Shown: positions 8,773-19,396, counted from the stretch's first letter. The stretch is 55,023 bases of DNA from an uncultured Chlamydiae bacterium (GCA_945957095.1 CAMFKD010000001.1:1-55023); one strand, 5' to 3'. Program-made: numbers and translations. Notes: a model not told the origin generated them from the sequence alone.

Positions 8773-11202
8773 TTGAGAAGCATTGTGACGCAGACGACCA
8801 TAAAATTAACTCTGCAGATAGGCGCCAAGCAAACCGAAAAGGTGTTTAGCCAAGATTCCGTTCTTTTTGGGACTCACTCGTCGGATTTACGGGATTTGCC
8901 TTTTGACACAAGCTTTATGCTTCCCGAGCACGTCAAAATCTTTGTCAAAGATGGCGTCTTCTTTGCACAGAATTTGGCCAATGACCCTTTTGTCGCTGTT
9001 AACGAAAGGCCTTTTGGTAAGAAAAAGCTCAATAGTGGCGATCGCCTTACTATCGGAGAATTAGAGGTTTTATTTGAAGGTCAGACTATTGCTCCAAGCC
9101 AGCGACCCACACCGCGGCCTCTACAATCGCTATCGGATAGTCTTGAACGCACCATGTTAAAGACGCCTCCTAGGCTTAAACATGAACCAATTGTGGAAGA
9201 GGATGAAGACTTAGAAGCGCTTATTCGAGAGGTGGAGAGCTTTGAAGCTGAAGAAGCACTGCAAGCGCACGCTCATGATCACGCAGCATTTAATGCAAAC
9301 GCCTTACATAGTACTGTCACGGATGTTCCTGGGCAAGTCGGACGGCACACATTAGAGCATTCTCCACAGGCTAGCAATACTCGCTCTCTCAAAGAGAGGC
9401 ATCCATCTAAATCCAAACGCTTGCTCGATTTAGACGGGACTGTTCTAGCCGCAAAGAACCATTTTGGGGTGCAAGAAAGCCGTCATAAATCATTGTGGAG
9501 GCCGTTGCTTGTCATTATCTTTGTCTTGATCGCTCTCATGTTGGCGGTAGGTTCAGGGTTCTACTTTACCTTCAGCGAAAAAAGTGATGAAGAGGAGTTT
9601 ATTGCAGCGCAAGGGCTGGCTGATATGGGCATCGCTCTAACTTATGCTCAGCAGCATCAACTCAAATCCCCAAATCAAAATTGGGGCGATCCCGATTTTC
9701 TTAAAGAAGCTCTCGCTCATGTCTTACCGCCTGCTTATCCTTCCTTGATCGCATTGGACAAGCAAGGACTCTTCACCGACAGCCCCTACATGCTTCGCAT
9801 CTACACTAACAATGACCTCTCACAATTTTTGCTCATCGCTCAGCCGGAACCTAGTTTGTGGCAGTGGCTCTTGCCACGTGAGACCATCTTACTTGATTCA
9901 CGAACCATGGAGTTACATAAGACCACTGATTTGCGTGCTCTTAACCGTCTTCTAGCGAATACCAAACCGTTGGATGGAGCTAATGCTCTCGAGGTATCTC
10001 ATCTCGTCAGCGAAGCATCTCTGATTCGCCTCACCTTACTAGCGAATGAAACTGGCCATCGTGAGTTCCTCCCTCCTAAAGGACTGAGCAAACTCCTACC
10101 TGGAGCTGAACATCATCTCTACAATGCCCCTCGCTATTTCCGCATGAGCGCATCGCTGGTGCATGCTCTTGCTGCATATTTAGAACAGCAAGAAGAGGCC
10201 GCTGACGATGTAGCACAGGATTTGCGCAATAAAATTGTTGATTACAGAAAGCTTCCTAATGCCATTCTGTACAGTGATTTGAGTGAAAGCACTACTCGCA
10301 AGATAGAAAGTCTGTTAAAGAGTTGGTTTGTAGACCAACCAGCCCCTGTGATTGCCGAACTGCAGCTTGAAAAAGGCAGTGGTCGTATTCTGTCGACTTA
10401 TTTGTTGGGTAACAAACGCTTGGATGTCAGCGACGATGAGTTTCCCACCGAGGCCGAATTCATTGGCGAAAACAGTGAACAGTCACCTCAATTACGCGCT
10501 CTTTACTCCGCTGTTACTACACGTAAACAGGCTTTGGAAGGCTACAAAGAACGCTTAAGCAGCTTGTTGAAGGAGCAAATCGCATCGCCTAAAGAACATT
10601 TCTTTGAGACAGCAATGCAGATGATCCGCGAGTTCAATGACATAGATATTGGCGAACAAGTTGACATTCGACAAGCCATCGTCGATGTCTACCGCAGTGA
10701 AGTGCTCGAAAATAATGCGTTAAGCCATCAAGACTTTGTCGTTGAGGTAAAAGGAACCGATATTGAGCCTTTTTTACCCCCAGAGTTTTTCGAGGCTCAA
10801 GAGCCCGTACCAGCACCTTTAGTGGCTGAAGGGGAACGTGAACTAGTCGATCATGGGGTAGAGTTCAGTGCTGCCTTGTTACAAGTACAACACGCTACCG
10901 ACTTCAAATCGTTGGAAGCAGCTATTGCTGCTGCTAATCAAGCTTTATCCCGTGAGCCCCTACCAAATGATGAAAGACTGCGCACTTCGCGTAATAAGCT
11001 GCAGGTACAGGTCGTCCATCGCTTAGAGCAGCTTCTATTAGGGGCTGGCAGTCCTCTGCCTGACGCCGCTTTTGACCATCATAACCGCAGCCGCCTTCAA
11101 CACATTCTCCTCAGTGCCGGCATCGAAGACCAAGAACAGCTCGACTACTATCTCCATGAATATGACATCCTGATGAATCAAAAGCATCGTGTCAGAAATT
11201 AG
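8773..11202 (+). CDS. FHA-domain membrane protein (CT664-like architecture)
   Basis: 809 aa with a TTG start (GTG at 8785 is an alternative). The N-terminal FHA-like pattern is VLFGTHSS...LPEHVKIFVKDGVFFAQNLANDPFVAVNERPF...LNSGDRLTIGELEVLF. There is a single TM (LWRPLLVIIFVLIALMLAVGSGFYFTF) and a long unrecognised C-terminal region. Confidence 0.65.
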   Translation: MRSIVTQTTIKLTLQIGAKQTEKVFSQDSVLFGTHSSDLRDLPFDTSFMLPEHVKIFVKDGVFFAQNLANDPFVAVNERPFGKKKLNSGDRLTIGELEVLFEGQTIAPSQRPTPRPLQSLSDSLERTMLKTPPRLKHEPIVEEDEDLEALIREVESFEAEEALQAHAHDHAAFNANALHSTVTDVPGQVGRHTLEHSPQASNTRSLKERHPSKSKRLLDLDGTVLAAKNHFGVQESRHKSLWRPLLVIIFVLIALMLAVGSGFYFTFSEKSDEEEFIAAQGLADMGIALTYAQQHQLKSPNQNWGDPDFLKEALAHVLPPAYPSLIALDKQGLFTDSPYMLRIYTNNDLSQFLLIAQPEPSLWQWLLPRETILLDSRTMELHKTTDLRALNRLLANTKPLDGANALEVSHLVSEASLIRLTLLANETGHREFLPPKGLSKLLPGAEHHLYNAPRYFRMSASLVHALAAYLEQQEEAADDVAQDLRNKIVDYRKLPNAILYSDLSESTTRKIESLLKSWFVDQPAPVIAELQLEKGSGRILSTYLLGNKRLDVSDDEFPTEAEFIGENSEQSPQLRALYSAVTTRKQALEGYKERLSSLLKEQIASPKEHFFETAMQMIREFNDIDIGEQVDIRQAIVDVYRSEVLENNALSHQDFVVEVKGTDIEPFLPPEFFEAQEPVPAPLVAEGERELVDHGVEFSAALLQVQHATDFKSLEAAIAAANQALSREPLPNDERLRTSRNKLQVQVVHRLEQLLLGAGSPLPDAAFDHHNRSRLQHILLSAGIEDQEQLDYYLHEYDILMNQKHRVRN

Positions 11203-11275
11203 GAAATTAGGGCTGTACGTATAGTCGTTGCTCTATTACAATCTTTCTATTCCATAAAGTACATATGATTTAGTG

Positions 11276-12559
11276 ATGAAGTATCAATCTCCCCCTGGTG
11301 TTTTTGACATTATCCCTAACGAAGAGCGAGAGCCATGGCGTAATTCCATCATTTGGCAATATGTCGAAGAAGTTATGCGTGCTGCTGCGAAGCAATATGG
11401 TTATCAGGAGATTCGCACACCTGTTCTAGAACGCACGGAGCTCTTTCAGCGTAGTGTAGGCGAGACATCAGACATCGTATCGAAGGAAATGTATACGTTT
11501 GAAGACCGTGGTGGACGCATGTTGTCGCTACGTCCTGAAGGCACTGCAGCTGTTATGCGTGCTTACATTAATGCTCAAATGTCTACGTTGGCTCCGGTCC
11601 ATAAGCTCTTCTATATAGGGCCTATGTTTCGCTATGACCGTCCTCAGGCTGGCCGCTACCGACAACACCACCAGTTTGGAGCTGAAGCGATCGGCTGTTC
11701 TGCTCCTGAACAGGATGTGGAGCTCATCGACCTAGCCTATACCATCTATCAGCGGCTTGGTTTGAAAAATTTAAAGGTCTATCTCAATTCTATCGGCGAC
11801 CAGGCATCTCGCGAGGCCTACCGCAATGCCTTGCGTGATTTTCTGCGGCCACATATGGACCGGCTTTCTAATGACAGCAAGGTGCGTTTTGAGGCTAATC
11901 CCTTGCGCATCTTAGATTCAAAAGATCCCCAAGATCAGGAACTGTGCCGAGGAGCCCCGTCGATTCAAGACTTTCTCAGCCCTGCTAGCCGTGAGTTTTT
12001 TGCGGGTGTAAAAGAGTGTCTCGATCGCTTAGGAATATCCTACGAAGTCAATAGCTCTCTTGTCAGAGGCCTTGATTACTACAACGAGACCGTCTTCGAG
12101 ATCGTCTCATCGGACCTCGGGGCACAAAATAGCATCGGTGGTGGTGGACGCTTTGACGGTTTGATACAACAACTAGGGGGGCCTGATCTTCCCAGTGCGG
12201 GCTTTGCCACAGGTATTGAGCGTGTCATCCAAACCATGCTGCGGCAGGGGGTTGCCATGCCGTCAGCACCTCGTCCACAGCTTTTCCTTATTCCCCTTGG
12301 CCAGACGGCTGCTAGACAATGTTTTGGCATTTTAGGCGACTTGCGGAGAAGAGGCTTGGCGGCTGAGATGGATTTTACTGGTAAGAAGCTAGGTAAAGTG
12401 ATGGCTTATGCCGACCAAATCAGAGCCCAATATGTCGCAGTGATAGGCGATAATGAGTTATCATCAGGTCAGGTAGAACTTAAAGAAATGGCGACAGGTA
12501 ATAAGCAGCACGTTGCTTTGCAAGACTTGCCGCAGTTTTTTTCCACACAAGCAAATTAA
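11276..12559 (+). CDS. hisS: histidine--tRNA ligase
   Basis: Class II aaRS motifs are present (LRPEGTA, FRYDRPQAGRYRQHHQFGAE, GGGGRFDGL). The ATG at 11276 immediately follows the in-frame GTG at 11273. Confidence 0.95.
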   Translation: MKYQSPPGVFDIIPNEEREPWRNSIIWQYVEEVMRAAAKQYGYQEIRTPVLERTELFQRSVGETSDIVSKEMYTFEDRGGRMLSLRPEGTAAVMRAYINAQMSTLAPVHKLFYIGPMFRYDRPQAGRYRQHHQFGAEAIGCSAPEQDVELIDLAYTIYQRLGLKNLKVYLNSIGDQASREAYRNALRDFLRPHMDRLSNDSKVRFEANPLRILDSKDPQDQELCRGAPSIQDFLSPASREFFAGVKECLDRLGISYEVNSSLVRGLDYYNETVFEIVSSDLGAQNSIGGGGRFDGLIQQLGGPDLPSAGFATGIERVIQTMLRQGVAMPSAPRPQLFLIPLGQTAARQCFGILGDLRRRGLAAEMDFTGKKLGKVMAYADQIRAQYVAVIGDNELSSGQVELKEMATGNKQHVALQDLPQFFSTQAN

Positions 12560-12587
12560 GGCGTTTTTAACCAATTTAGGGAATATT

Positions 12588-14372
12588 ATGGTCAACTTTC
12601 GTCGTACACACGATTGCGGCTCACTTCGTAAACAGGATATCGGAAGCACTGTTAGACTGTCTGGCTGGGTCAATCGCTTTCGAGACCATGGTGGCCTGAT
12701 CTTTATCGACCTGCGTGACCGTTTTGGGCTGACTCAACTTGTCTTTGATCCTGTTAAAGACCCTGAAACTCATGCCTTGGCTGCCTCCCTGCGTTCTGAA
12801 TTTGTTGTGACCATTTCCGGTATCGTCTGTGAACGGCATACAGGTATGGCCAATCCCAACCTTGCAACGGGTGACATCGAGATTGAAGTCAAGGAACTGA
12901 CAGTCCTGTCTAAGGCTAAGACACCACCCTTCTCCATCTGTGATGAAACCATCGACGTGAACGAAGAGTTACGTTTGCGTTACCGCTACCTCGATATGCG
13001 CCGCGGCGACATTGCTAAAAAGCTAGTGGTGCGTCACAAGAGCATGATGGCTGTCCGTAACTACTTGGACAGCCAAGGGTTCGTTGAAGTCAACACCCCT
13101 ATTTTAGGTAAATCGACACCCGAAGGAGCGCGTGATTATCTCGTTCCTTCACGCGTCTACCCAGGCAGCTTTTATGCCCTACCGCAATCACCCCAGCTCT
13201 TCAAGCAGCTGCTGATGGTGGGAGGGATGGACCGTTATTTCCAGATCGCCCCTTGTTTCCGCGATGAGGACCTCAGAGCCGAGCGTCAGCCTGAATTTCA
13301 TCAGATCGACATGGAGATGAGCTTTAACACCACCGAAGATCTTTTCACCATTGTTGAAGATTTGGTGAAGTATGTCTTCAAAGAAACCATCGGTGTCGAT
13401 ATCCCGACACCGTTTAAACGTATCCCCCATCATGAATGTCTTGAGCGCTATGGCACTGATAAACCTGACCTACGCTTTGGGATGGAGCTGGTGCGGTTAG
13501 ATGACCTCGCAGCAGCTAGCTCGTTTGGTGTCTTTCAAGAACAAGTTAAAGTTGGCAACAGCGTGAAAGGCTTCTGTGTCAAAGGCGGTGCTGACATCTC
13601 GCGCAAAAATATCGACGAATACACTGCCTTTGTCGGACAACTAGGTGTCAAGGGACTTTCCTACATGAAGCATACCGACGGCCAACTCAACGGCGGCATT
13701 GCTAAGTTCTTTACGGAGCAGCAACTCAAAGAAATCTCCGCCCGCATGAGTGTCGAACCTAACGACCTCGTCTTTGTCATTGCTGATACAAAAGAGCGTA
13801 CTAACCAAGCTCTAGACCATCTTAGGAGAAAAGTTGCTCGCGACCGCAACCTAATCCAGCCAGGGCGTTACGAATTGCTGTGGGGTACAGAGTTCCCACT
13901 TTTCGCTTGGGACGCTGAAGAAGGGCGCATCGCTTCGGAGCACCATCCCTTCACCTCACCTCACTTTGACGACTTTCATCTATTGGAAAGCGACCCCCTT
14001 AAGGTGCGCTCTTTGAGCTATGACCTAGTCTTAAACGGCTATGAGTTGGCGTCTGGATCACAGCGTATCCACGACAGCGAATTCCAGCAGAAGATCTTCG
14101 AAATCCTTAAACTGACTCCAGAACAGATCGAAGCTAAGTTCGGCTTCTTTGTCCGAGCACTAAGCTATGGTACTCCTCCGCATCTAGGTATTGCTTTAGG
14201 CTTCGACAGGCTAAATATGATCCTTTCTGATACAGAGAACATTAGAGACGTTGTAGCGTTCCCAAAAACACAGAAAGCGTCAGACCTGATGATGGAAAGC
14301 CCCTCACCTGTTGCTGAAGCACAGCTGCATGAGCTGCGCCTTTCCGTTCAGGAAGAGCTGGAACGACGCTAA
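12588..14372 (+). CDS. aspS: aspartate--tRNA ligase
   Basis: The ORF track begins at 12513, inside the hisS tail. The ATG at 12588 gives MVNFRRTHDCGSLRKQDIGSTVRLSGWV, a typical AspRS N-terminus. Also present: FRDEDLRAERQPEFHQIDMEMSF and GSQRIHD. Confidence 0.95.
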   Translation: MVNFRRTHDCGSLRKQDIGSTVRLSGWVNRFRDHGGLIFIDLRDRFGLTQLVFDPVKDPETHALAASLRSEFVVTISGIVCERHTGMANPNLATGDIEIEVKELTVLSKAKTPPFSICDETIDVNEELRLRYRYLDMRRGDIAKKLVVRHKSMMAVRNYLDSQGFVEVNTPILGKSTPEGARDYLVPSRVYPGSFYALPQSPQLFKQLLMVGGMDRYFQIAPCFRDEDLRAERQPEFHQIDMEMSFNTTEDLFTIVEDLVKYVFKETIGVDIPTPFKRIPHHECLERYGTDKPDLRFGMELVRLDDLAAASSFGVFQEQVKVGNSVKGFCVKGGADISRKNIDEYTAFVGQLGVKGLSYMKHTDGQLNGGIAKFFTEQQLKEISARMSVEPNDLVFVIADTKERTNQALDHLRRKVARDRNLIQPGRYELLWGTEFPLFAWDAEEGRIASEHHPFTSPHFDDFHLLESDPLKVRSLSYDLVLNGYELASGSQRIHDSEFQQKIFEILKLTPEQIEAKFGFFVRALSYGTPPHLGIALGFDRLNMILSDTENIRDVVAFPKTQKASDLMMESPSPVAEAQLHELRLSVQEELERR

Positions 14373-14399
14373 CAATAGGCATCCAAGGATACGTTAAAT

Positions 14400-14777
14400 A
14401 TGACAGTCGCAAGAGTAGTTGGTGAGTACGCAATAACGGCTGCTATCAGTGAAGGAGTTGGGCGAAGGTGGGATCTGCCTAAGTGGCATGGCCTTAAATC
14501 GTATGCCTTATCTCTACCGATAGCAGTGTGCTTGAATTACAGTCTCAACAGTGTTCCTCTTATCCAGAACAGCTGGATCGCCTGGACAGCCGCTCATAGC
14601 ATCAGTGTGACGGCGCAAGGCTTGGCTATGCTATGGGTTGCTAATCGCGCTAAGATTGACTTTCCACCAAATGTTGATGGGGAAAACTATTGCGCTAACC
14701 GATGTACCACAGCGCTGTTGTCGACGCTATTTATCTGGATCACTGGCTTGGCAATCTCACAGTTTTACCAACAGTAA
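14400..14777 (+). CDS. small hypothetical hydrophobic protein (coding status uncertain)
   Basis: A 125-aa ORF that exactly fills the gap between aspS and ppdK. It has hydrophobic segments but no motif I recognise. Confidence 0.3.
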   Translation: MTVARVVGEYAITAAISEGVGRRWDLPKWHGLKSYALSLPIAVCLNYSLNSVPLIQNSWIAWTAAHSISVTAQGLAMLWVANRAKIDFPPNVDGENYCANRCTTALLSTLFIWITGLAISQFYQQ

Positions 14778-14790
14778 AAGGTAAAGAGGC

Positions 14791-17556
14791 TTATTCAAGG
14801 GCAGCTCTGGCGGCGGCTAGGCGAGCCACGGGGATGCGATAGGGGCTACAGGAAACGTAATCGATGCCCACTTTATGGCAGAAAGCGATAGAGCTTGGGT
14901 CGCCGCCATGTTCACCGCAGATGCCGCATTTGACGTTGGGACGCACCTTGCGTCCGCGTTCGATCGCGAGTTGAATGAGTTGCCCCACGCCATCGCAGTC
15001 TAATGTTTGAAAGGGATCGTCGTGGATAAGCTGCAGCTTTTCTTGGCTGTCAGAAGGGTTTGGAACACCTTGCAGGTAACTGGGGAGGAAGTGTGCGCTG
15101 TCATCACGGCTCATACCAAAAGTTGTCTGCGTGAGGTCATTCGTGCCAAAGCTGAAGAATTCAGCCTGTTCGGCAATGCGGTCAGCTAAGAGTGCAGCCC
15201 TGGGTAACTCTATCATGGTTCCGACGCTGTAGAGGATGCACAGACCATAGTCTTTGGCGATATCGGCAGCGACGCGGTCGATGAGTATTTTTTGGTGTAA
15301 AAGTTCTTGTTCTAGAGAGACTAGAGGTACCATCACTTCGAGGTAGATTTTGCCGCCTTCTAACATCACTTCAGCTGCTGCTTCGAAGATAGCTCTGGCT
15401 TGCATAAGAGTTAAAGCGGGATTCAGGACACCCAAGCGGCATCCACGGTAGCCGAGCATGGGATTGTGTTCTTTGAGCGAATGGGCGATGTCCATCATTT
15501 TCTTTTCAGGGATGCTAAGACGAGTCGCTAGTTCGCGGATTTCATGGTCATCATGGGGCAGAAACTCGTGAAGGGGAGGGTCAAGAAGGCGTATCGTCAC
15601 AGGCAGTCCATGCATGCTGCGGAAGATGCGCTTAAAGTCTTCCTTTTGGTGTGGTAGGAGCTTTTGTGTGGCGGCATTACGTTCTTCTTCGTGTGTACTG
15701 AAGAGCATGCGCCGCACATCTAAGAGGCGTTCAGGATCCATAAACATATGTTCTGTACGGCAAAGGCCGATACCTTCGGCACCGAAGGCTCTTGCTGCAG
15801 AGCTATCATGCGGGGTGTCGGCGTTGGTACGTACCTTCAGCTTGCGGTACTTGTCCGCTAACGCCATGACCGTGCTGTAATAGTGGTAAAGACGGCTGTT
15901 TTCCGGCTCTACCTCTTTGGTGAGAAGGACTTGCAAGATTTCTGATGGGCTAGTTGTCAAGCTGCAGAAGAAGACCTCTCCTGTCGATCCATCGATGGAG
16001 ATAGGATCACCTTCCTTAAGAGTATAATCGCCGCAGGTGACAGTGCCTTGTTGGAGATCAATATGCAGGGCGCTGCAGCCGACGACGCAGGGCTTACCCA
16101 TCCCTCTGGCTACTACAGCGGCGTGGCTAGTGGCACCTCCACGGGCGGTGAGGATGCCTGCTGCTGCAACCATACCTGGAAAATCATCAGGATTTGTCTC
16201 TTTGCGGACGAGGATGCAGGCGGTGCCTTCGCTTTGATAGGCGATGGCTTTGGCAGAAGTGAGCGCTAAACACCCTGAAGCGGCGCCAGGGCCTGCATTG
16301 AGGCCTTTGGCGACCATCATGGCAGTAGCGCGTTGCTTGTCTCTGTGATGAAACACTGGAGCCAGCATATGCTCGATCTGTTCAGGCGAGACTCTGCGGA
16401 GTACCGTTTTCTCATCGATCAACCCTTCTTCTAGCATCTCGATGGCCATACGAGAGGCTGCTAGGCCAGTACGCTTACCAGTGCGCGTCTGTAGCATATA
16501 GAGTTTACCATCGTCGATGGTGAACTCGATATCTTGCATATCGCGATAGTGTTGCTCTAGCTTATTGACGGTGTCTTTTAACTCCTGATACACGTCAGGC
16601 ATCAGTTCCTCTAAGCTGGTGAGCGATGATTCCGTGATCTTCTTTTGGTATAGGTTGATGGGATGAGGTGTACGGATCCCAGCGACGACATCTTCTCCTT
16701 GCGCGTTAGTGAGAAATTCGCCGTAGAACATCCGCTCGCCTGTCGCTGGATCACGGGTAAAGCCAACGCCGGTAGCGGATTGATCGTTGCGGTTGCCAAA
16801 GACCATAGCTTCGACGGTAACGGCTGTTCCCATGTCATTAGGGATATGGTGGATGTGGCGGTAGAGCCTGCAGCGCTCGCTATCCCAGCTGGAAAAGACC
16901 GCTTTGATAGCACCGAACAGCTGTTCGAGGGTGTTTTGTGGGAAAGAATGGCCCACATGCTTTTTAAACAGCTCTTGGTAGGTATGGCATAGTCCCTTGA
17001 GGGCTGTGACATCGAGCTCAACATCTTCATGAACGCCGGCTATTGCTTTTGCGGCCTCTAAGGCTTGCGAAAACTCTTCGCGAGGTAGGCCATGAACAAT
17101 GGAGCTGTACATACTTAAAAAGCGGCGGTAGCAGTCGTAGGCTAAATGCTCATTATTCATTACCTTGGCAAAACCAATGACGGTTTCGTCGTTAAGACCT
17201 AGGTTCAGCACAGTATCCATCATGCCAGGCATCGAGATAGCAGCTCCTGAGCGTACCGATACGAGCAAAGGATTGTCTTTATTGCCGAAACCCGCCTGCA
17301 TCTGCCCTTCAAGAAGCTTAATCGCCGTTTGCACCTCATCAGTGAGTTCTTTAGGCAGCTGTTTGTCATGGTGTAGGTAGTAGAGGCATGCTTCTGTTGT
17401 GATGATGAAACCAGGAGGGACGGGTAGGCCGATGGCAGCCATTTCGGCTAGCTGCTTGCCTTTGCCCCCGAGGACACTTTTATCTAAAGGAGGCAGACGT
17501 AACCCTTTGCCGAACGGGAAGGTGTAACGTATCGTTGTCCTTTGCTCGGTATCCAT
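14791..17556 (-). CDS. ppdK: pyruvate, phosphate dikinase
   Basis: PPDK-type sequence throughout (GGKGKQLAEMAAIGLPVPPGF, TARGGATSHAAVVARGMGKPCV, GLCRTEHMF, GICGEHGGDP). I chose the start at M48 (CAT at 17554-17556), which has GGAG-containing RBS-like sequence upstream. The longer ORF to 17697 would overlap the divergent gene. Confidence 0.93.
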   Translation of the reverse strand: MDTEQRTTIRYTFPFGKGLRLPPLDKSVLGGKGKQLAEMAAIGLPVPPGFIITTEACLYYLHHDKQLPKELTDEVQTAIKLLEGQMQAGFGNKDNPLLVSVRSGAAISMPGMMDTVLNLGLNDETVIGFAKVMNNEHLAYDCYRRFLSMYSSIVHGLPREEFSQALEAAKAIAGVHEDVELDVTALKGLCHTYQELFKKHVGHSFPQNTLEQLFGAIKAVFSSWDSERCRLYRHIHHIPNDMGTAVTVEAMVFGNRNDQSATGVGFTRDPATGERMFYGEFLTNAQGEDVVAGIRTPHPINLYQKKITESSLTSLEELMPDVYQELKDTVNKLEQHYRDMQDIEFTIDDGKLYMLQTRTGKRTGLAASRMAIEMLEEGLIDEKTVLRRVSPEQIEHMLAPVFHHRDKQRATAMMVAKGLNAGPGAASGCLALTSAKAIAYQSEGTACILVRKETNPDDFPGMVAAAGILTARGGATSHAAVVARGMGKPCVVGCSALHIDLQQGTVTCGDYTLKEGDPISIDGSTGEVFFCSLTTSPSEILQVLLTKEVEPENSRLYHYYSTVMALADKYRKLKVRTNADTPHDSSAARAFGAEGIGLCRTEHMFMDPERLLDVRRMLFSTHEEERNAATQKLLPHQKEDFKRIFRSMHGLPVTIRLLDPPLHEFLPHDDHEIRELATRLSIPEKKMMDIAHSLKEHNPMLGYRGCRLGVLNPALTLMQARAIFEAAAEVMLEGGKIYLEVMVPLVSLEQELLHQKILIDRVAADIAKDYGLCILYSVGTMIELPRAALLADRIAEQAEFFSFGTNDLTQTTFGMSRDDSAHFLPSYLQGVPNPSDSQEKLQLIHDDPFQTLDCDGVGQLIQLAIERGRKVRPNVKCGICGEHGGDPSSIAFCHKVGIDYVSCSPYRIPVARLAAARAALE

Positions 17557-17635
17557 CGCTCCTATCCCCTCTTTATATTTACCATACTCAATCACACTCT
17601 TTTCTCCTATTGGCCAATTCGCTATTCTGTTTGGC

Positions 17636-18793
17636 ATGACGCACGAAGAGACGCCCGAATACAACCGCAATAACCCTTTTATGGCGACGCTGGTCACGCG
17701 CTATCCCTTGACCAAGCCCTATTCTCATAAGATAACGCAGCACATGGAGTTAGATCTTCGTGGATCTGGCTTCACCTACAAGACTGGCGATAGCATTGGT
17801 ATCTACGCTGTCAATGACCCTGCGCTGGTGATGCGTCTTCTCCAGCGGCTACAAGCTACAGGCGATGAAGAGGTCATCACCAAGAAGGGGGAGACGCTTC
17901 CTTTCAGTGAATGGCTATCATCGCGCGCCAACATCAATCGTTGCAGTAAAAAGATGGTTAGCCTTCTCCATGAACGGCAATCGAAAGCAGCGCCAAAGGC
18001 TAGCTTGGAACGTCTGCTCGCGCCAGAAGGACAAGCGGAGCTTAAAGAGTTCTTGGACGCAAGAGAGGTGTGGGATCTGCTTGAGGAATACCCCGAGGTT
18101 GCCATTGAACCACAGGAACTTTGCGATTTAGTGGGGCCGCTTCTTCCACGTTTCTATTCTATTGCTTCGTCAGCAGTGGTGCATCCCGAACAAGTGCACC
18201 TTACCGTTGCCTTGACGCAGTATGTCACCAATGGTCATGTACGCTGTGGAGTATGTTCCCATTACCTCTGTCACTTGGCTCCTCTCAATATGCCTGTGGT
18301 GCCGGTCTATCTGCAGCCTTCTAAAGATTTCACGTTACCCGCCGATCACACGGCTCCACTGATCATGGTAGGGCCTGGTACTGGTGTGGCACCTTATCGT
18401 GGGTTTATGCAGGAACGCATTTCTGTGGGGGCGACAGGAGCTAATTGGCTTTTTTTTGGCGATTGGAATCGCGCTTCTGACTTCTTCTATGAGGACTATT
18501 GGAATCACCTTGCGGCTGAAGGACGTTTAAGGCTTAGCCTCGCGTTCTCACGCGATCAAGCGGAGAAGGTGTATGTGCAGCACCGTCTGCTGGAGAACGC
18601 TGCCGAGGTGTATCGATGGCTAGAAGAGGGTGCCTATTTCTATGTGTGCGGTGACGCTGAGAATATGGCTAAAGGTGTTGATCAAGCATTACATATGATT
18701 GTCGCTGAACAAAGCGGTCAAGGGGCAGACGCCGCCAAAGCTTATATTAAAGCACTACGGGAAAGCGGTCGCTATCTTCGCGATGTCTACTAA
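17636..18793 (+). CDS. FAD/NADPH oxidoreductase, CysJ / diflavin-reductase C-terminal type, without an FMN domain
   Basis: 385 aa. RFYSIASS (FAD binding), [12 protein letters not shown] (NADPH), YFYVCGD and C-terminal RYLRDVY. There is no flavodoxin-like N-terminal module. Confidence 0.8.
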   Translation: MTHEETPEYNRNNPFMATLVTRYPLTKPYSHKITQHMELDLRGSGFTYKTGDSIGIYAVNDPALVMRLLQRLQATGDEEVITKKGETLPFSEWLSSRANINRCSKKMVSLLHERQSKAAPKASLERLLAPEGQAELKEFLDAREVWDLLEEYPEVAIEPQELCDLVGPLLPRFYSIASSAVVHPEQVHLTVALTQYVTNGHVRCGVCSHYLCHLAPLNMPVVPVYLQPSKDFTLPADHTAPLIMVGPGTGVAPYRGFMQERISVGATGANWLFFGDWNRASDFFYEDYWNHLAAEGRLRLSLAFSRDQAEKVYVQHRLLENAAEVYRWLEEGAYFYVCGDAENMAKGVDQALHMIVAEQSGQGADAAKAYIKALRESGRYLRDVY

Positions 18794-19275
18794 TTTTCGA
18801 TTGTCGTGACAATGACGAAGGCTTGCAACCCATCGCCACAGCCAAAATCAGTTAACCCTTCGCCTGTCGTAGCGGTGATGCCCACCTGGTCTACCTTTAA
18901 GCCCATCACCCTAGCGATGTTTTCGCGCATCCTGAGCAGGTAACGCTTGAATTTAGGTTTCTTAGCTTCAATGGTGATCGCGACATGCGTCACCTTTTGC
19001 TTTCCCAGCGTTTCCATCGCTTTGCGCAGATACACCTCGCTGTCGGTAATGCCATCTTTCAGGCAGAGGTCGTCAGCGATGCCTCCTAAGATCAACACAT
19101 GCGTTAACGATGTAATGGCATTGCAGATGGCATGATAGACGACGTCACCATCGCTATTAGCATTGAAACCAGGGGTGTCCTCGAAAATACAACCCGCTAT
19201 GATACAGGGTTTTGTGGAATCTAATGGCAAAAAACGGTGGCTATCCTGCCCAATCCCTGTCCTCACAATCGACAT
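18790..19275 (-). CDS. ispF: 2-C-methyl-D-erythritol 2,4-cyclodiphosphate synthase
   Basis: 161 aa. Starts GIGQDSHRF..., with [13 protein letters not shown], and has IspF length and motifs. Its stop overlaps the convergent stop of the upstream gene (CTAA). Confidence 0.92.
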   Translation of the reverse strand: MSIVRTGIGQDSHRFLPLDSTKPCIIAGCIFEDTPGFNANSDGDVVYHAICNAITSLTHVLILGGIADDLCLKDGITDSEVYLRKAMETLGKQKVTHVAITIEAKKPKFKRYLLRMRENIARVMGLKVDQVGITATTGEGLTDFGCGDGLQAFVIVTTIEN

Positions 19276-19396
19276 GTCGACACCTCAAATTTTAGGAACA
19301 TCATAGCGACTTCCTATTTGTCATTCCAGCGCCAAAACTCGCAAAAAAAGTAAGGCATGAGTATGATGTCGGCAACGGACTGTTAGGAGCGACCTC

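Noticed and set aside
12513-12587. Upstream extension of aspS overlapping the end of hisS
   Set aside because: The extension (MLCKTCRSFFPHKQIK...) has no AspRS similarity. ATG 12588 gives a canonical AspRS N-terminus just after the hisS stop.
11203-12600. T-box or other aaRS leader upstream of hisS, aspS and argS
   Set aside because: The spacers are short (about 70 bp before hisS, 28 bp before aspS), and I see no specifier-loop or T-box consensus. The only structured element near an aaRS gene is the ATGGAC array, which is reported separately.
17557-17697. 47-codon N-terminal extension of ppdK
   Set aside because: It would overlap the divergent reductase gene start (17636). The internal ATG at 17556 has an RBS-like GGAG upstream and gives a normal PPDK length.
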